Under the pieces are notes generated by a model. That model ran no database searches, was not told the DNA's origin, and saw nothing but the letters and a program-made list of their open reading frames with translations. Shown here in pieces: positions 58,982 through 64,000 of a stretch of DNA of 64,000 bases; positions within the stretch are counted from its first letter, which is position 1, and every line of letters begins with the position of its first letter. Both the position numbers and the translations under genes were made by a program. The stretch spans positions 64,001-128,000 of the forward strand of contig CAVVLO010000003.1 in the NCBI GenBank assembly GCA_963749155.1. The letters are read 5' to 3'. The DNA comes from an uncultured Armatimonadia bacterium (GTDB lineage: Bacteria > Armatimonadota > Zipacnadia > CAVVLO01).

Positions 58982-59716
58982 CTAGAGCTGGAGTGACTGA
59001 GGCCAGACAATTGGATTTTCGCGCCTGTCCGCTAGACCGAGCGTGCCAGTTGCTTTTACGCTTCCAAAAGGCTGGAACTTGGCGTGGCCATCGCCATATG
59101 CCACGTTTGTGCCTTCGTGCCGCGATGTCCAGCCATAATCCCAGGTGCCGTAGCGTATTCTGTCCATCCCATCCATCCACAGCCCCGAGCTGTCGTCCCA
59201 GTCGCAATAGATACCACTTGCCCACGTATCCAGTATGATAGAGACTCCTGCTGGTCCGGCTGGCGCCTTCGCCAGCGCTGCCAGTGTGCACCAGCCGTTG
59301 TTATAGTTGTACATGAACTCGCTATAACCATAACCGATTTTACCTGCTTCTGGAATTGCCCAGCCAGATGACCAATTGCCCCCCGTGGCACTTGGACAGT
59401 TCCAGATCTGGTTGTTTTTGATATACGGCTGGATCCCCCCAGGGAAGATCGCTGCCCACCAGTAGGCTGCATAGGTCGGCCAGAACTCCCAGGGCCAACT
59501 GCCATCCTGGAATCTGCAGGCGGGTAAAGTCTCATCGTAATCCTGCGCGTACATCATAAAGCCCATACCGATTTGCTTCAGGTTGCTAAGACAGGCGGAG
59601 GCCCGGGCTTTTTCTCTGGCACGAGCAAAGACCGGGAAGAGAATTGCTGCCAGTATCGCGATAATCGCTATCACGACAAGCAGCTCGATCAGTGTGAAGC
59701 CAGTGCGTCGTTTCAT
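58982..59716 (-). CDS. Prepilin-type DUF1559 / H-X9-DG-CTERM protein, tandem paralogue
   Basis: [15 protein letters not shown]..., [21 protein letters not shown]; closely similar to 58050..58760. Confidence 0.93.
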   Translation of the reverse strand: MKRRTGFTLIELLVVIAIIAILAAILFPVFARAREKARASACLSNLKQIGMGFMMYAQDYDETLPACRFQDGSWPWEFWPTYAAYWWAAIFPGGIQPYIKNNQIWNCPSATGGNWSSGWAIPEAGKIGYGYSEFMYNYNNGWCTLAALAKAPAGPAGVSIILDTWASGIYCDWDDSSGLWMDGMDRIRYGTWDYGWTSRHEGTNVAYGDGHAKFQPFGSVKATGTLGLADRRENPIVWPQSLQL

Positions 59717-59894
59717 TGCTTTCCTGCCCCCCGAAAGGTATTTGGAGGCCCAGGTCAGCAGCCCAAAACGCCTGCTTGTGATGGAGGAACTGGATGTAAC
59801 AGATGTGTCTTTGGCAAGCGGATTGGGGCCGCACGACCTTGAGACACTCCTGACAAACTTATATTACCCATCTATTAAATAATCCCTGCTCCAG

Positions 59895-62408
59895 TTGGAT
59901 ATTTTTTTGAACTTCTTGCTGCAAGCCTTGTCCCTCTGGGGTGCTTGGGGTATAAAGAGAAGCAGGAGGTCTCGGTTGCCTTTGTCGCCCTTGCGCCTGA
60001 TTCTGGTCTTGCTGATTGCGTTCTTCCTGGCTTCCGCTGGCTTCACCGAGAAGCTTAAGCCCTGGGAAGAGCGCGGGCTTAGCCTGGCTGGCTCTCCCTA
60101 TGGAGGAGCCGCAGAAACCCGTTATTCCACCGATAACCTTCCCGATGGCACCTTGCTTATCCGGTGGACCAGCACCTGGCCTGAGGAAGCCGGCTTCCCT
60201 CAGCTTGTCGCGCCGGAGCTTACTGCCCTCGCGCCTCTCGAGTTATGGCCCGAGGTCTCCTCGCCCAGCTTGCTGGCGGGCACTCTCGGAGGGCAATACT
60301 CAACCAGCTTCCTTTATTTTCAAGAGCTGGAGGCAGTCTCAGAGCTGATAGAAACGGCCGGTGACCTGCCCTGGCCTCCACTTGCGCGCGGGCCTGCAAA
60401 CTATGGCTGGAAGGGTGTCACACTGCCCTCATCCACTCCCCCGCGACGCAACCTGCCGGTGAGTGTTGGTTTGCTTTTTCTTACCGATAAGCCTCTTGCT
60501 CAGAAGGCAGACCGCGCGAACTGGCTGCTCGGTTGCCTTGCAAGTCTCTATAAGGAAGTCGATGCCCGCCCTGCCCGGGCTGACGACTGGAACAAGCTGC
60601 AGGAGCGCGTTGCGGATTGGCTCGTTACTTCCGGAGGCCTTGTCGAGGCGGGAGCTGGCGCTGTGCTTCCTGACCGGCTTGATTTGCTGGCCGAGGGCCC
60701 CTTCCGCCTGGCCACCTGCCTCGAGGTCGCCCTGCCTTATGTAGAACTCGAACGCAAGGAGAAAGACCGCCCCGAGGTTGTTGGCCAGTTGCTGGCCTCT
60801 CTGCCTGCTTTCTATCGCCCGGTACCCGGCACCTTATTGCCTGAGCTCGAAGATACCCCAACCGTTGTTCTGGAGGATTATCTCCTCACCCTTGCCCTCG
60901 TGGCCGACCTGGCCCAGGCAGGCTACGAACCTGCCAGAACCTTCCTGCTGCCCTCGACAAGTTATGCCCAGACCCTTGCCCGGAAGGCTCAGTTGAGCTT
61001 CAAAGAGACGCTTGTCCTCTCTGACGCCAGTCTCCTCGGAAAGCCCTCGGAAGATCGCCTGCTGGATTACGCCTATGTCACACTGGCCGCATATGGGCTA
61101 TATGGGGATGAAGCCCTCCTGCAGGAGGCGCGCAAAGCGCTGATAACGCATACTTCGCTCACCCCAGCTCCCCTTAGCGCAGCGCTTGGGTTTGCGGCTT
61201 GCGGGCGGCTTTGGCGTCTTTCGAACGAGACGCGTTATATGGAGCAAGGCCTCAGTTTGCTGACTGGATTGCTTGGCAGCCTGTGGTGGGCCGAGTCAAG
61301 TTGGGGCAATGCGGCTTCTCTCCCCACTCGCCTGGCGCTGCTGGAACCTGCCGCTTCAGGGCTTGCCAGCACCGAGCACCAATATCTGGCCGCGCGTTTC
61401 ATCGCAACTGGCCTCGAAGCTTTTGGGCGGTCTTTGCCCGAAGAGGCAAACAGGCTGGCCGTCGCCTTCATCAGCCATTCCTCTGGCCTGGTGCGTTATG
61501 CCTGGCCGGAGCAGCGCTGTCGTGCCGCAATGGCCCCTAATCCCTCTCTTGTGCGTCCAGAGCGCACTAATGATCCGCTGTCTCCCCTGCCTTGCGCTGA
61601 TCTGCCCCTGGCCTGGACAAGGCCTGGCCTGCTGGGTCAGTTATATGGGACCGCAGGCGCAGCGGCGACCTTCGCGCGCCTCTCGAATATCTACGGCAAG
61701 GGCGATGCGCGTCCCCAGTCCCCTCGCCTCCTGCTTCAACCGAGGGCTTTAAGTGTTCCGGCAGGGGGCTACGCCAGCCTGATGGCCTGGAGCCAGTCCT
61801 CTTCGCTGCCAGTGGATTTTGAGCTTCCCGCTGGATTCAGCCTGCAATATATTCCAGCCGAGGAAGGCGCCACCGAGTTGCTGGTACAGGCTGATCCCTC
61901 TCTTGTGCCAGGCTTTTACTTTGGCGCTGCGCTGCTGCAATCCGGACAACCTGAGCGGCTTGGGCTTACTCTTGAGGTTGCCCCTTACCTTAAGGGCGAA
62001 GGCAATCTGGCCGGTGCCGGGCGTGTCTGGGAAGGCGATTCGTCCACCAGGCTGGTCTCGGGAGCCCGCGGCGTGGCCTTTGATGTGCCAGCCGGCGCGA
62101 CTTCGGCGCTTGCCCAGTGCCCTCACGTGCTGCTTCCAGCCGGAGGCCTCTCCGAGGGGAGTCTTGAGCTCCCTCAGCTTTCCGAAGGCGCCAGTTTGTC
62201 CCTAGTCCTGCGCCTCGACCTCAATGAAGATGGTTGGGCGAGGGAGGAACTGCCTGTGGTTAGCGGCATCGCATCGACTGGGGTCCATACTTTCCCCCTC
62301 CCCGCTTTGCTCCAGGGCGCCTCGCCCCTGGCTCTGGCCGCTGTGGTGTTGCGCCTCGAAGGGCCGGCAGGGGCGCACGCGCTTATCTCCGACTTGTCAC
62401 TGCGCTAA
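59895..62408 (+). CDS. Secreted hypothetical protein (possible alpha/alpha barrel; true start probably ~59980)
   Basis: 837-aa ORF; signal-peptide-like LRLILVLLIAFFLASA; Leu/Ala-rich helical core (LYGDEALLQEA, LWRLSNETRY). Confidence 0.55.
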   Translation: MDIFLNFLLQALSLWGAWGIKRSRRSRLPLSPLRLILVLLIAFFLASAGFTEKLKPWEERGLSLAGSPYGGAAETRYSTDNLPDGTLLIRWTSTWPEEAGFPQLVAPELTALAPLELWPEVSSPSLLAGTLGGQYSTSFLYFQELEAVSELIETAGDLPWPPLARGPANYGWKGVTLPSSTPPRRNLPVSVGLLFLTDKPLAQKADRANWLLGCLASLYKEVDARPARADDWNKLQERVADWLVTSGGLVEAGAGAVLPDRLDLLAEGPFRLATCLEVALPYVELERKEKDRPEVVGQLLASLPAFYRPVPGTLLPELEDTPTVVLEDYLLTLALVADLAQAGYEPARTFLLPSTSYAQTLARKAQLSFKETLVLSDASLLGKPSEDRLLDYAYVTLAAYGLYGDEALLQEARKALITHTSLTPAPLSAALGFAACGRLWRLSNETRYMEQGLSLLTGLLGSLWWAESSWGNAASLPTRLALLEPAASGLASTEHQYLAARFIATGLEAFGRSLPEEANRLAVAFISHSSGLVRYAWPEQRCRAAMAPNPSLVRPERTNDPLSPLPCADLPLAWTRPGLLGQLYGTAGAAATFARLSNIYGKGDARPQSPRLLLQPRALSVPAGGYASLMAWSQSSSLPVDFELPAGFSLQYIPAEEGATELLVQADPSLVPGFYFGAALLQSGQPERLGLTLEVAPYLKGEGNLAGAGRVWEGDSSTRLVSGARGVAFDVPAGATSALAQCPHVLLPAGGLSEGSLELPQLSEGASLSLVLRLDLNEDGWAREELPVVSGIASTGVHTFPLPALLQGASPLALAAVVLRLEGPAGAHALISDLSLR

Positions 62409-62473
62409 CCAGGCAGGAAGCCCCTGCTTCAGGCAGAATCCTTTCTCCATAAGTGTTGGGGAGGTCTGCCACT

Positions 62474-63574
62474 ATGCGCGATCCACTGCTTTGGCTCCTG
62501 GTGATTGTTATCCTCTGTCTGGCCTTGCCCGCAAGCGCCGGCAAGAAGCTCATCGAGTTCGGCTGGGACGTGCCTACGCCCACCTATCTGAAAGACCATA
62601 TCAAAGAGATGGAACAAAGACCCTTCGATGGCGTCATACTGCGCCTGATAGGCGACTTTGAGGGCAAGCATTATGAGGCCTACCAGGCCTGGGCGAAGGT
62701 GCCCTTCGCCGAAGAGGCCATCCCCTTCTTTGTAGAGGAACTAAAGGCCGTCAAGTTCGACAAATTTACGGACAATTTCCTCCTTGCCTGGAGCACGCCC
62801 GGTGACACCGACTGGTACAGCGATGAGGAGTTCGGCGTCTTCGTCCAGAATATGCGCCTGCTTGCGCGCGTGGCCAAACAGGCGGGGCTGAAGGGGATCT
62901 GTTTCGACAACGAACCCTACAGCGATAAGAAACCCTGGCTATGGATGGACCAGCCAGGCCACGAAACACGCTCCTTTTCGGAGTATTCCGCCAAAGCGCG
63001 TATGCGCGGCCGCGAGCTTATGAAGGCCATCGGCGAAGAATATCCTGACATCACTTTTATGACCCTCTTCGGCTTCACGTCCTCGCAGAATGTCTGGGAT
63101 CAGAAGCCCTTCCAGAAAGCCCTCTCGGAATGGTGGCTGGGAGGTCTCTACCCCGCTTTCCTCAATGGCGTAATTGAGGCAATGCCGAAGGGCGCCAGGT
63201 TCCTCGATGGGCACGAATGGGGCTATTACTATGGCTCGAAGACCGAGTTCCTTCAGGGCTACTGGAATATGGTCAGTGGCTGCAAGCACCTGGTGCTGCC
63301 TCAGAACTGGAAGAAGTACCGCGAAGTGCTTTCGGCGGGTTTCGGCCTGTATATGGACCGCAACTGGCGCACCGAACCCTACACCTTCAAAGCCGACGAC
63401 ATAAGCAAGAATTTCTGGAGCCCCGAAGCTTTCGAGGCGCGCGCGACCGAGGCCCTGACCATTTCGGACGAATATGTCTGGGTCTATACTGAATGCCTCA
63501 ACTGGTGGACAGGCGATAACCTGCCCCTCGAGTATCAAGAGGCGCTGGAGAGGGCCAAAAAGGCCGTCCCGTAG
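62474..63574 (+). CDS. Secreted hypothetical protein, probable TIM-barrel carbohydrate enzyme
   Basis: ATG 62474 after GGGAGG; signal peptide; KKLIEFGWD.P, PFDGV, KFTDNF, GICFDNEPY, DGHE..Y, SDEYVWVY.E. Confidence 0.65.
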   Translation: MRDPLLWLLVIVILCLALPASAGKKLIEFGWDVPTPTYLKDHIKEMEQRPFDGVILRLIGDFEGKHYEAYQAWAKVPFAEEAIPFFVEELKAVKFDKFTDNFLLAWSTPGDTDWYSDEEFGVFVQNMRLLARVAKQAGLKGICFDNEPYSDKKPWLWMDQPGHETRSFSEYSAKARMRGRELMKAIGEEYPDITFMTLFGFTSSQNVWDQKPFQKALSEWWLGGLYPAFLNGVIEAMPKGARFLDGHEWGYYYGSKTEFLQGYWNMVSGCKHLVLPQNWKKYREVLSAGFGLYMDRNWRTEPYTFKADDISKNFWSPEAFEARATEALTISDEYVWVYTECLNWWTGDNLPLEYQEALERAKKAVP

Positions 63575-63595
63575 GCGGGCCGGCCCTCGCAGCCG

Positions 63596-64000
63596 CTAAA
63601 CTGTCATCTCTTTGAGCTGCTTCACCAGGTCGTCGAGATCTTCGAGAAGGGCCTGCAGGTCCTCTTCGTGCTCGACCTCGTCGGTCAGGATCTGCAACGC
63701 GGTGTTATACGTGAGCTGGTCCTTGCCCGAGGTCAGCTTCATCAGCGAATCGTAGACGCCGATGGCGCATTGCTCGCCCTTGATGTTCTGGGCAAGGATC
63801 TTGCGCACGACCGGATCCTCGGGCGCGTCATAACCACAGTTGGTCAGGTCATACCACTGCTTCGGTTCGAGCACCGGCGTGCCGCCCAGCTCGATTATGC
63901 GCAGGCTGACCATCTCGGCGTGCCGCAATTCGTCCAGCGAATGTTGAAGCAGCTCCGCCGCGACCGCGTCCTTCATCGGCCCTTTGACCACTTTGGCCCC
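63596..64000 (-). CDS. Ferritin-like DPSL/bacterioferritin-related protein (5' end beyond window)
   Basis: DELRHA...RIIELGGTP, NCGY..P, GEQCAI..Y, KD..TY, ILTDEVEHEEDL. Confidence 0.85.
   Translation of the reverse strand, partial: GAKVVKGPMKDAVAAELLQHSLDELRHAEMVSLRIIELGGTPVLEPKQWYDLTNCGYDAPEDPVVRKILAQNIKGEQCAIGVYDSLMKLTSGKDQLTYNTALQILTDEVEHEEDLQALLEDLDDLVKQLKEMTV

Noticed and set aside
59811..59827. Sigma-54-like TGGCAAG-N4-TTGGG
   Set aside because: The -12 GC dinucleotide is missing.

Overview
64 kb of GC-rich (roughly 60% by eye) bacterial chromosome, most likely an Armatimonadota-like diderm. This is inferred from an SLH-anchored OmpM-type porin and three DUF1559/H-X9-DG prepilin-like proteins. 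The window is a dense carbohydrate-utilisation region: GH31, GH32, GH127, a GH50-like protein, a GH123/DUF4091-like protein, an esterase-GH43 fusion, GxGYxYP, a beta-helix protein and several unclassified secreted TIM-barrel candidates. It also carries an L-rhamnose isomerase, a gluconolactonase, a Gfo/Idh/MocA oxidoreductase, ldh, ppk2, four URO-D-family paralogues, two GT-C paralogues with a flavoenzyme, and a DPS-like ferritin. I found no rRNA, tRNA, IS element, integrase or true CRISPR array, and no sugar transporter or regulator. At least 12 single extra-base frameshifts split otherwise intact genes, which points to long-read insertion errors. The main points of interest are: (i) a tandem array at the 3' end of a prokaryotic RING-finger gene whose five units all reduce to one in-frame 99-nt consensus and otherwise differ by synonymous changes; (ii) pilin-like DUF1559 genes where transporters would be expected; (iii) a two-member unclassified glycosidase-like family; (iv) a perfect sigma-54 promoter followed by a G-quadruplex-like leader; (v) a structured leader ahead of the porin gene.
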